In this document: in pieces, positions 1-9,127 of the stretch
How the letters are laid out: each line of letters begins with the position of its first letter
Position numbering within the stretch: the first letter of the stretch is position 1
Assembly: GCF_004010195.1 (NCBI RefSeq)
Contig: NC_057749.1
Coordinates: forward strand, 10,353,892-10,373,891
Direction: 5' to 3'
Origin: Chiloscyllium plagiosum
Lineage: Eukaryota
Length of the DNA: 20,000 nt
The notes under the pieces: generated by a model
The model's database searches: none
The model's input: the letters and a program-made list of their open reading frames with translations, nothing else
Told to the model about the DNA's origin: nothing
Position numbers and translations under genes: made by a program

Positions 1-40
1 AATTTTTCACCTGTTTGTAAGACATTCCTTTAGCCGCCAA

Positions 41-258
41 GGGATTTGGTTTAGCTCAGTCCGTTGGATGGTGGGCATGCAGTACAGCGTAAGGTGCGTT
101 CCATTCCCACACTGGCTGAGGTTATAGTGAAGGACTCTGCTTCTCAACCTCTTCCCTCACCTGAGGCATGGAAATTCACTGGTTGAAGCACTATCAATCA
201 TTGCTCTGTAATCGGAGAGCAGCCTTATGATCTGATAAGTTGATGATGAAATTCCCTT
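41..258 (+). mobile_element. Degenerate tRNA-derived SINE (family not named)
   Basis: A-box-like TTTAGCTCAGT at 49-60 and a decayed B-box (GTTCCATTCC). The body GGCTGAGGTTA...CTTCTCAACCTT.CCCTCACCTGAGG resembles a recurring shark SINE (recalled). Confidence 0.55.
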
Positions 259-490
259 TGTCTCCAAAGGTCAGACAACAGAGATTAACATATGCCCTAT
301 ATTCAATATAAGCCAAACACAACTTACTTCTAGATACTGATGCTACGGTGCACATGCTGATTTTGGAACAGTCCACAACATACCAATACACCAATTGCCA
401 GTTTATATACCACTCTTGGATATCTCTGCTACATCAGCCAACGTTGAGGTGGCAAATCCATGAAATAGGGAGGATTAAATCTTGGTGAAG

Positions 491-608
491 GATAGTTGCG
501 AATCAGTCTGTTCAAAGATGCTATGATACCCCTCTGGTGAAGGTAGGATTTGAAATTGGGCCTTCCAGGTCAGAGGTAGGGACATCACCACTATGCTGCA
601 AGAAGCCT
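491..608 (-). mobile_element. Short tRNA-derived SINE, same family as 10764-10869
   Basis: The reverse complement reads TAGTGGTGATGTCCCTACCTCTGACC...TTTCAAATCC...TGAACAG, aligning by eye to 10764-10869 (TAGTGGTAGTGTCCCTACCTCTGAACC...TTCAAGTACC...TGAACAG). Confidence 0.65.
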
Positions 609-763
609 CTAAATGTTGATGATGATTAATTGATCACTAGTGACCAGTTTCAATTCTCTATTATTTAAAGTCAAGTATTAACCAGCTATTGCAAGGCTCA
701 AAATATACAGGTCAACCAGATGTTCACAGTACCTTTACATGGGGTACTGTAGTTAACTCGATG

Positions 764-975
764 AATCAGAAGTGCGGTGCTACAAAAGCACAGCAGGTCA
801 GGCAGCATCCGAGGAGCAGGAGAATTGATGTTTCGGCCATAAGCCCTTCCTGATGAAGGGCCAGTACCTGAAACGCTGACTCTCCTGTTCCTCGGGTTCT
901 CCCTGACCTGCTGTGCTTTTCCAGCTCCACGCTTCTAACTATGAATTTCCAGCATCTGCAGTCCTCACTTTCTCA
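764..975. mobile_element. Non-autonomous Penelope-derived fold-back mini-element with TSD and decayed hammerhead
   Basis: Inverted arms at ~768-849 and ~855-936. CTGATGA at 850-856 and GAAAC at 870-874. Flanking direct repeat TTAACTCGATG at 753-763 and 979-989. Confidence 0.8.
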
Positions 976-1126
976 TAATTAACTCGATGGTTAAGAGTGA
1001 CTAGTTTTATTCACTAATCATCACCATAATTAAAAAGGCTACTGTCCACGCTTTTAATCCTTACATTTTATTGGCTTTCAGGTGTTAATGTCATTAGTAC
1101 TTTTCTGATGTTTCTGTCTCCTTTAG

Positions 1127-1255
1127 TATATCTGTGAGCGTCACTTCCAGAAAGTGTCAAACCGCAGCCTATTCACAGGACTTCGTTCTATCACTCACTT
1201 TGGGAGACCCCAGTTTATACCATTCTTCAACTCACTACAGGAGGTTCACCCAGAG
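1127..1255 (+). CDS. DUOX2: Dual oxidase, penultimate coding exon (NADPH-binding C-terminal domain)
   Basis: Acceptor tttctgtctcctttag, donor GAG|gtgagt, 129 bp, phase 0. Translates [43 protein letters not shown], near-identical to vertebrate DUOX ([43 protein letters not shown]). The paralog label rests on SORD synteny and the C-terminus. Confidence 0.96.
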
Positions 1256-1304
1256 GTGAGTTCAGTATCTGCTTTCATGTTAAGACAGTAACACCTTACG
1301 CAAA

Positions 1305-1615
1305 GGGCAGTACAGTAGCTCAGTGGTTAGCACTGTTGTCTCACAGCACCAGGGACCTGGGTTTGATTCTATCCTCGGGCGAACTGTCTGTGTGGAGTTT
1401 GCTCGTTCTCCCCGTGGGTTTCCTCCTACAGTCCAAAGATATGCAGGTTAGGTGCATTGGTCATGCTAAGTTGCCCATAGTGTCCAGGGATCCACAGGCT
1501 AGGTGGATTAGCCACGGGAAATGCAGAGTTACAGGAATTGGGTGGGATGCTTTTCAGAAGATTGGTGTGGACTCAATGGGCCAAATGGCCTGCTTCTACA
1601 CTGTCAGGATTCTGT
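1305..1615 (+). mobile_element. HE1-type V-SINE (elasmobranch)
   Basis: tRNA head (GTAGCTCAGTGGTTAGCACTG...GGGTTTGATTC), V-domain TGTGTGGAGTTTGC...GGGTTTCCTCC...TCCAAAGATATGCAGGTTAGG, and CR1-like tail GGGCCAAATGGCCTG...GGATTCT. Confidence 0.92.
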
Positions 1616-1754
1616 GTCTGCTATCAACGAGATCAAGGTCCTGACCCTGTGTCTTCTTTTTGTCTCATTCAGGTTAGAGAACTGAGTTTTAAACTCCTTC
1701 ATTAGCCCCTTTCAACAGGGCTTTCATAATTGCAATAAATAATTGGGTGAGGAC

Positions 1755-2090
1755 ACGGACTGAATAGAATTTTTAAAAGTCCAGCACAAAATGGTCCAGT
1801 TCTGTGCTGGACCCTTATGATGGGAAATCCAATTCGTCCCACTCCTCTGCTCTTTCTCTACAACTCGGTAATTTTCATCCTTTAGGTGGCGTATTTAACC
1901 AAACCTCCTTTGAAGGCCACATTCGCAAGGAAACTGATACACCTCCCACCGTATCAGTTGATGCATTCCAGGTCATTGAGTAAACCTGTTTTGCCTCATG
2001 TTAACTTTGGCTCTTCTGTCAAATGACTTCAATTTCTGGCTAGCAATTGTTCAGCTATTGGAAACAGTTTCTCTTTATTTACTCTGTTTG
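1755..2090 (-). mobile_element. Old CR1 LINE 3' fragment
   Basis: Decayed CR1 3' motifs on the + strand (TCCCACTCCTCTGCTCTTTC, TGCATTCCAGGTCAT, GGAAACAGTTTCTCTTTATTTACTCT). Boundaries approximate. Confidence 0.45.
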
Positions 2091-2398
2091 GAGCCTTTGC
2101 AAGTTACAGCTGCATATCATGAAGGGAAGATAATTCATTCCTGTCAGTTACCATCAATTCACTTTTTATATAAAATGCCTGGTTTGAAGATTCACAATAG
2201 AGGTTAGCTGTTCGACATCAACAATAATCTTTAGTTCAAAGCTCTACTATAACATTCTTTGATGTTGAGACTGATGCTTCTATTACTGACCGAAGATCAT
2301 CTTTAAATGATCTCAATCATCCTGGAGATCAACTCTGCACAATCCTCTGAGGTAGACATGTGTCCATCAGCAACCAGAATGAGATTGTCCAAAATTCA

Positions 2399-2843
2399 GT
2401 ATTGGCCAGGACACTGAAGAGAACTTACTGTTTTTTCTTGAACAGTTCAATATGACCTTTTCTGTCCACTTTGTGGAACCTGGCTTAAGACTTCAACTGC
2501 AACTTCGACAGTGCGGCACTCCCTCAGTACTGACCCTCGGCAGTGTGGCACTCCCTCAGCACTGACCCTGCGACAGTGCGGCACTCCTTCAGTACTGACC
2601 TTGCGGCATTGCAACACTCCCTCAGGACTTATTCTCCAATAATGCGGTACACCCTTAGCACTGACCCTCCGACATTGCAGTACACCCTTAGCAGTGACCT
2701 TCTGACAGTGCGGCACTCCCTCAGTACTGACCCTCTGGCAGTTCCTTGCTACTGCACTGATCACCAGCTGAATTTTATGCTCAAGTCCTGGGACATGAAC
2801 CCATAAATTTCTGACTCAACAGCGATATGCTCCCAACTGAACT
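2399..2843 (-). mobile_element. DeuSINE (SacSINE1/AmnSINE1-like) with internal tandem expansion
   Basis: The + strand shows the Deu-domain complement ATTGGCCAGGACAC..AGAACT and a tRNA-head complement (GCTCAAGTCC..TGAACCCA..TTCTGACTCA..AACTGA). It lies in the last DUOX intron. Confidence 0.75.
2505..2734. repeat. 33-bp minisatellite, 7 units, consensus CCGACAGTGCGGCACTCCCTCAGTACTGACCCT
   Basis: Units start at 2505, 2538, 2570, 2603, 2636, 2669 and 2702, head-to-tail with no spacers. This explains the 11-aa periodic ORFs 2447-2764 and 2543-2806. Confidence 0.95.
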
Positions 2844-3265
2844 CTCAATGAGGCTTAGGTATTTGTAGCTGGAACATGTTGGAGTCAGGTGGAAATCTTC
2901 ACAAATTATAGATTGCTTCCCTCCTCAACCCCTACCCCACTGCCATCTCCATATATGTACCCTTCAACCACCATCACCTTCCAACTTGTTCCATGTGCTC
3001 AATTATTCTGCAATGAATTATGCAGTCTGGTAAGGGATCATTGTTCACCATGCTTGATTGACTGAGCCTAGATGTTGTCTCAGTGATAAATAAGGGGAGC
3101 TGGAGAAAGTTGCTGAAGATAGAAGCTGAATTTTGTGACTGCAGAGATTTGAAATCTTTTGTATTCTTAAAAACAAGAGTTGGCTGTGAGCCAATGGGGT
3201 GGAAGGGTGGTATGCTATTGGGTTGGACTGGATCAAAGCTAAATTTGTTTAAACTTTATTAAAAG

Positions 3266-3388
3266 GTGGGAAAAATTGGAGTTTTCAGCTGTGGACCACC
3301 AGGACTGACCAAAAATGTGGAGAAAGCTTGTCAGCAAATCAACAAGAGAGACCAGGCTCACTTCATGCATCACTATGAGAACTTCTGA
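3266..3388 (+). CDS. DUOX2: Dual oxidase, terminal coding exon
   Basis: After acceptor ...ttattaaaag it translates [40 protein letters not shown], with TGA at 3386-3388. This has the NOX/DUOX CGP motif and ENF end, and joins in frame to exon 1127-1255. Confidence 0.96.
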   Translation: MGKIGVFSCGPPGLTKNVEKACQQINKRDQAHFMHHYENF

Positions 3389-3607
3389 ACTTCTGATCAA
3401 CTGAAAAGATATGCAGGAAGATCATAATTTATCCTCGCAAAATATAATCACAGGACATTTAATTACTCATCTCTGTTTTTTTTGTATCGAATTTGTCTCA
3501 TTCTTATCTCTCAATCATACATTTCCTCCTCATCTGATTTCAACACAATTCAAAATTGAAGCCTCCAAATTGTATTGACGACATTGAATGTGATCACATG
3601 CTGTCCA

Positions 3608-3623
3608 CCACTAGGTGGTGCCA
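3608..3623 (+). promoter_or_regulatory. Candidate CTCF motif
   Basis: CCACTAGGTGGTGCCA versus the core consensus CCASYAGRKGGCRS, with one C>T difference. Motif match only. Confidence 0.4.
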
Positions 3624-4141
3624 TTGTTGATATTTATTCTTCGAGGGATTGGAGGACCAACATAACTAAATTCAAGTGAAGTCTACATTCTCCTCAGTTG
3701 AGCGGTTATTTTAAAAATGATGTTCTGTAGGTTTGAAATGTTTTGCTCGACTTACCCTTGAAGAGCTCAACTAGATCGTGTTGGGCCAATGAGCTTATGT
3801 GTTGTACATGGTTCTTTGGAAGCAAAGGGGCTAATGGAACAAGTAAGATTTTCCTCAATAATTCTCATCTTCATCTGCCATTCAGACTCTGAGAAGTTGC
3901 ATGGGTACTAATGTCTTGATAAATCTTTGTAGGGTCAGACAGTCATATTCTACCAAGTGAAGAACGTTGAGGGATTTGGATAGCACCAAAGGTAGATGTA
4001 TTCTTCTATGATTAAGACAGAATACTATAATGAGGTGGGAGTGGGGAAGCAATGGCCTAATGGTATTCAAAATTTGTGAGAAGATTTGTAGCTCGGGTGC
4101 TTGTTGTTGTGGTTCTGTTCGCCGAGCTGGGAATTTGTGTT

Positions 4142-4181
4142 GCAGACGTTTCGTCCCCTGTCTAGGTGACATCCTCAGTGC
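4142..4181 (-). ncRNA. Minimal type I hammerhead ribozyme (intact core)
   Basis: RNA: GCA CUGAGGA U GUCACCU-AGAC-AGGGGAC GAAAC GUC^ UGC. Conserved core, stem II, palindromic ACGU stem III and stem I GCA/UGC are all present. Confidence 0.8.
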
Positions 4182-4603
4182 TTGGGAGCCTCCTGTGAAG
4201 CGCTTCTGTGATCTTTCCTCCGGCATTTGTAGTGGTTTGAATCTATCGCTTCCGGTTGTCATTTCCAGCTGTCCGTTGCAGTGGTCGGTATATTGGGTCC
4301 AGGTCGATGTGCTTATTGATTGAATCTATGTATGAGTGCCATGCCTCTAGGAATTCCCTGGCTGTTCTCTGTTTGGCTTGTCCTATAATAGTAGTGTTAT
4401 AGGACAAGCCAAACAGAGAACAGCCAGGGAATTCCTAGAGGCATGGCACTCATCCACAGATTCAATCAATAAGCACATCGACCTGGACCCAATATACCGA
4501 CCACTGCAACAGACAGCTGGAACTGACAACTGGAAGCGGCAGATACAAATCACTATAAATGCCGGAGGAAACATCACAGAAGCGCTTGACAGGAGGCTCC
4601 CAA

Positions 4604-4643
4604 ACACTGAGGATGTCACCTAGACAGGGGACGAAACGTCTGC
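4604..4643 (+). ncRNA. Minimal type I hammerhead ribozyme (intact core, weakened stem I)
   Basis: CTGAGGA at 4607-4613, GAAAC at 4633-4637, GTC at 4638-4640. A at 4604 (G in the other arm) shortens stem I. Confidence 0.75.
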
Positions 4644-5080
4644 AACACAAATTCCCAGCTCGGCGAACAGAACCACAACAACCTAATGGTATTATCCTGC
4701 TATGCCACAATGTGGCATTTGAATTAAAACAACGTCTCTAATTAAGAATCTAATAATGACCATGAAGCCATTGATGATGTCTAGTTCACGCTGGGGAAGG
4801 AAACTGCCATCTTTACCTGTTCTGGCCTATATGTGACTCCAGACCCACAGCAATGTGAGTCTTAACTGTGTTTGAGGCAATTAGGGATGGGTAATAACTA
4901 TTGGTCTAGCCAGTGAGGACCATGTCTTGTGAATGAATTTTTTAAAAAGTAGTAGCGTTGAATGTTGAAGGGGCTTTGGCTCGGAAACTCAGTTCCATGC
5001 GTACAATTTTCAGGCATTGAAATGGCCTGCTATGCTGCCATTATGGCAGGATTGAAAATTCTCTGCCTGCCATATTACAT

Positions 5081-5208
5081 TGTAGACAAGCAGGAGGGTG
5101 GGAGACACAGCAAGTCAGGCAGCATCAGGAGGTGCAGGAGTCGACTTTTCGTCTATAACCCTTCGTCAGGACCCCTTGGATTCCAGCATCTGCATTTTTT
5201 TTTAATCC
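5081..5208. mobile_element. Penelope-derived mini-element with TSD and decayed hammerhead (- strand, 5140-5172)
   Basis: The minus strand reads GTC CTGACGA AGGGTTATAGAC GAAA AGTC GAC, followed by a +-oriented tail TTCCAGCATCTGCA. Direct repeat CCTGCCATATT at 5066-5076 and 5209-5219. Confidence 0.75.
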
Positions 5209-5485
5209 CCTGCCATATTGCAATAGGTCTCTTTGTGGAGGGAGAGAGACATCCTGAACTGTGGGAAGAGTCTGAGTAAACTAGGAGCCGAACCATGTCA
5301 CTAGGATAACTGATACACAGTGTTTAAGATGAAATGGTGCAAGCGAGAGCTGCCCGGGGCAAGGAGGAGGAAGCAATATAGTGAAGGATGTGATACAATG
5401 ATTGTAGGAGAGGGATTTAAAGTGGGGCAGGGGTATGGAGGCTGCAAATGGTGATGATGTGGACAAACACCAGGAGCAGAGTGCC

Positions 5486-5970
5486 CTTACCTTGATGATC
5501 CTGATGAAATCATGGAGCATTTTTGTTGCTTGGAGTATTGCCATTGGTGCAGGCATGCCAGTGTGTAGTGGTGCCAGTCCTAAGCTTGGATAGACCTGGA
5601 GGGTTAGCAGCTGAAGGGCATTTGACTGTAAAACTATTCAACAATTTCAAATAATGGTGGATGTGAATGGATATGACCCCTATGCCAGGATGTACTATGT
5701 AGGCAATGTTCAGGCTCCCCATCTGTGGATTGAGCAAGGGTGACCATGCAGTGGATGAGGATGACCAGTGATGGAGAAGGGTTAAATTCAATTAGCATTG
5801 TGACCCTCAAGTCAAAGGGAGGATGCTCAGAGAAGTGGTCATACCTGGAGCTGAGGCTGTTAAATGTTTGTGCGCCCTTTCCCCATCAGCAGTGGATCTG
5901 GTACATGGAGGGTTTTCTGTCTTCAAGGGGGAAGAGGAAACGTGGTGCACTCCCAGGCTTCTAGGAGCCA
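5486..5970 (-). pseudogene. Possible relic of a Harbinger-type Myb/SANT-like DNA-binding gene
   Basis: Minus-strand pieces LLEA / FLFPLEDRKPSMYQIHC*WGKGAQTFNSLS (~5845-5970) and PMAILQATKMLHDFIRIIK|gtaag (~5486-5550) follow the Myb/SANT-like pattern. Frameshifted and interrupted. Confidence 0.4.
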
Positions 5971-6056
5971 CGTTTCCTTTTCCCAGACTGTATATCCCTT
6001 TAAAGGATCAGCCCAATATCTAACACCCCTCAAAAAGGCCAATGATTAAAGGTTGG

Positions 6057-6183
6057 CCTGATGAAGGGTTACACCCGAAACATTGACTTCTGCACCCCCT
6101 GATACTGCCTGGCTTGCTGTGTTCTTCCAGCCTCCTGCCTGACTACTTTGCATTCCAGCATCTGGAGAACTTTTGTCTCTAAC
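6057..6183 (+). mobile_element. Penelope pLTR fragment beginning at a hammerhead core
   Basis: CTGATGA(6058-6064) A GGGT-TAC-ACCC GAAAC ATT GAC, then GCCTGGCTTGCTGTGTTCTTCCAGC...TTCCAGCATCTG. Same family as 5081-5208 and 18604-18780. Confidence 0.8.
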
Positions 6184-6717
6184 CAATGAATACCACGGGC
6201 TGGCCTGATCACGTGTTTATTGCAGAGTAATGAACTACCTGGGGTTATGCTGATGGGCACCCAGTGCCCAATGCACCTCTCACACATCCAAACCCGACCC
6301 TATCCTTGTATATGCCCGCTTTCACATGCTGCCCAGGTCCTATGCCACACTCTCCTTTGAGAAGCTTTTGCCAACATTTCTGAGCAGGGAGAGGGCTGAC
6401 CCTGGCATCGTTTTCAATGTGCCAGGATCACTTTCACAGCAAAGGTTCCCAATAGTGATTTATATTGATTTAGTGTAGGAGAGGCTTTTAAAACTGAAAT
6501 CACTCAATTACCTTTCCATAAACCCCACAGCTAATAGAAGTACTTTGACTTGTTAATTAGATTGAAAAGAAGTCGATTATTTATTAATACTATCAATAGA
6601 AATTGGGCATTGTAGGGAAACATTTGCTGTGTGTAACTATGCGTTTTTTGACAATGAAATGTGAATAATATAAAATAATGTAAACCGTGAATTACTTAAT
6701 GATGGTTGTCTCCATTG

Positions 6718-6723
6718 AATAAA
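6718..6723 (+). terminator. First canonical AATAAA seen downstream of the DUOX stop (candidate poly(A) signal)
   Basis: AATAAA followed by GT-rich sequence at ~6738-6780. By eye, only variants occur earlier (e.g. ATTAAA at 4723 and 6045). Confidence 0.3.
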
Positions 6724-6784
6724 AAAAAATTAGACAATGTGTTGAAGTTGGGTTATTGCATATTACACTTGTTGTTGAGAGGAT

Positions 6785-7010
6785 AGAGTCCTACATCACA
6801 GAAACAGACCTTTCAGTTCAACTTGACCATGCCAACCAAGTTTCCCAAATTAATCTAGTCCTATTTGCCTGCATTTGTCCCATGTCTCTCTAAACCTTTT
6901 CTATTCATTTAGCTGTCCAAATGTCTTTTAAACGTTGTCACTATACCTGCATCTCCCACTTCCTGTAGCAGTTCATTCCACAGACAAACCACCCTCTGTG
7001 TGAAAAAGTT
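6785..7010 (-). mobile_element. CR1 (HER1-like) 3' end, host copy, part 1
   Basis: Aligns by eye with the CR1 tails at 11137-11422 and 16208-16632. It breaks at TGTGTGAAAAAGTT and resumes at 9001. Confidence 0.85.
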
Positions 7011-9000
7011 AGAATGTAGAACATAGAACATAGAACAATGCAGCGTAGAACAGGACCTTCGGCCCTCAATGTTGCGCCGACCTGTGAACTATTCTCAGCT
7101 CGTCCCCCTACACTATCCCATCATCATCCATGTTCTTATCTAAGGATTGTTTAATTCTCCCTAATGTGGCTGAGTTGACTACATTAGCAGATAGGGCATT
7201 CCATGCCCTTACCACTCTCTGCATAAAAAACCTGCCTCTGACATCTGTCTTAAATCTATCACCCCTCAATTTGTAGTTATGCCCCCTCATACACGCTGAC
7301 GTCATCATCCTAGGAAAAAGACTTTCACTGTCTACCCTATCTAATCCTCTGATCATCTTGTATGTCTCTATCAAATCCCCTCTTAGTCTTCTTCTTTCCA
7401 ATGAGAACAGAACAGACTCCAATCCCTCAGCCTTTCCTCATAAGACCTTCCCTCCAGACCAGACAACAACCTGGTAAATCTCCTCTGCATGTTTTCCAAT
7501 TCTTCCACATCCTTCCTGAAATATGGCGACCGGAACTGTACACAATATTCAAATGCAGCCGCACCAGCGTTTTGTATAGTTGCAGCATGATATTGCTGCT
7601 CCGGAACGCAATCCCTCTACCAATGAAACCTAACACACCGTCTGCCTTCATAACAGTACTATCAACTGGGGTGGCAACTTTCAGGGATCTATATCATGGA
7701 CTTCAAGATCCCTCTGCACATCCAAACTACGAACAATCTTTCCATTGGCCCAGTACTCTGCCTTCCTGTTATTTTTCCCAAAGTGAATCACCTCACATTT
7801 ATCTGCATTGAACTCCATTTGCCAACTCTCAGCCCAATTCTGCAGATAATCCAACTTCCCCTGCAACTTGCAACATTCTTCCACATTGTCCACTACTCCA
7901 CTGACTTTAGTGTCGTCTGCAAATTTACTAATCCATCCACCTATGCCTGCTCTCGAAGTCATTTATAAAAATGACAAACAGCTGTGGTCCCAAAACAAAT
8001 CCTTATGGCACACCACTAGTAACTGGACTCCAGACTGAATATTTTCCATCAACCACCACTCGCTGCCTTCTTTCAGAAAGCCAATTTCTAATCCAAACTG
8101 CTAAATTACCCTCCATCCCATGACTCTGCATTTTCTTCAACAGCTTACCATGAAGAACCTTATCAAAGGCTTTACTGAAGTCCATGTATACCACGTCAAC
8201 TACTCTACCCTCATCTATATGCGTGGTCACCTTCTCAAAAAACTCAATGAGGTTTGTGAGACACGACCTGCCCTTGACGAAACCATGTTGACTATCTGAA
8301 ACCAAATTGTTGCTTGCTAGATGATTATAAATCTTATCTCTTATTATCCTTTCTAAAACCTTTCCTACAACAAACGTAAGGCTCACTGGTCTATAATTAC
8401 CTGGTCTATAATCATCTCTACTGCCATTCTTGAATGAGGGTACGACATTTGCAATCCTCCAGTACTCTGGTACCAAACCTGTAGACAATGACGACTCAAA
8501 TATCAAAGCCAAAGGCTCTGCTATCTCCTCCCTAGCTTCCCAGAGAATCCTTGGATAAATCCCATCCAGCCCAGGGGACTTATCTAATTTCACTCCTTCT
8601 AGAATTGATAACATCTCTTCGTAACTAATCTCGATCCTTTCTAGTCTAGTATTTCATATCTCATTCTTCTCCTTTACAATATTCTCCTTTTCCTGAGTGA
8701 AAACCGATGAGAAATGTTTGTTTAGTACCTCTCCGATTTCTACAGGATCCACACTCAACTTCCCACTTCTGTCTTTGACTAACCCTATTCCTATCCTAGT
8801 TATCCTTTTATTGCTCACATACCTATAGAAAGCTTTATGGTTCTCCTTTATTCTACTTGCTAAAGACTGCTCGTGTCCTCTCTTTGCTCTTCTTAACTCT
8901 TTCTTTAAATCCTTCCGAGCTGATCTGTAACTCTCCATTGGCTCATCTGAACCATCTTGTCTCATCAACACATAAGCCTCCTTCTTCCGCTTAACAACTT
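7011..9000 (-). mobile_element. 5'-truncated CR1 LINE (HER1-like) with disrupted ORF2 reverse transcriptase
   Basis: ORF pieces KSPGLDGIYPRIL, NYRPVSLT, QHGFVKGRSCLTNLIEFF, DVVYMDFSKAFDKV, SGVP*G, FADDTK, WQMEFNADKC and SLERRRLRGDLIETYK. The (GTTCTAT)n tail is at 7011-7036. Contains stops and frameshifts. Confidence 0.97.
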
Positions 9001-9127
9001 GCACCTCAAGTCCCTTTTAAATCTTTCTCCTCTCACCCTAAACCTATGCCCTCTAATTTTGAACTCCCCTACCCAGGGGAAAACACCTTGCTATTCACCT
9101 TGACTATGTCCCCCATGATTTTATAAA
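9001..9127 (-). mobile_element. CR1 host copy, part 2 (continuation of 6785-7010)
   Basis: GCACCTCAAGTCCCTTTTAAATCTTTCTCCTCTCACC...GATTTTATAAA continues the sequence as in the uninterrupted copy at 16440-16565. Confidence 0.8.

Larger units (their letters stand above)
4068..4682. mobile_element. Penelope-like element 3' end inserted as a long inverted repeat (GIY-YIG C-terminus + pLTR)
   Basis: Arms 4103-4388 and 4397-4682 (286 bp each, 13 mismatches by hand count, no indels). Encodes IGQAKQRTAREFLEAWHSSTDSINKHIDLDPIYRPL, like a PLE endonuclease C-terminus. TSD CCTAATGGTATT at 4056-4067 and 4682-4693. Confidence 0.9.
4043..4948 (+). mobile_element. tRNA-derived SINE split by a Penelope insertion (head 4043-4067, body 4694-4948)
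   Basis: Head GGGGAAGCAATGGCCTAATGGTATT. Body GGAAGGAAACTGCCATC...GTGACTCCAGACCCACAGCAATGTG...GGCAATTAGGGATGGG...GAATGAAT. Matches the reverse-orientation copy at 12161-12473. Confidence 0.8.

Noticed and set aside
1305..1380. tRNA genes here and at 14862, 15945-16017 and 18285-18357
   Set aside because: These are tRNA-derived SINE heads that continue into the V-domain.
2505..2734. CRISPR array or repeat-protein ORFs (2447-2764, 2543-2806)
   Set aside because: Units are contiguous with no unique spacers, there are no cas genes and the context is eukaryotic. The ORFs stay open only because the unit is 33 bp.
3882..4741. Six overlapping ORFs as novel genes
   Set aside because: They are mirror products of the inverted repeat. 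Only 4378-4623 has protein meaning, as a Penelope endonuclease remnant.
7108..9004. Functional reverse transcriptase gene / retron-like system
   Set aside because: A standard CR1 ORF2 with stops and frameshifts, 5'-truncated and lacking the endonuclease domain.
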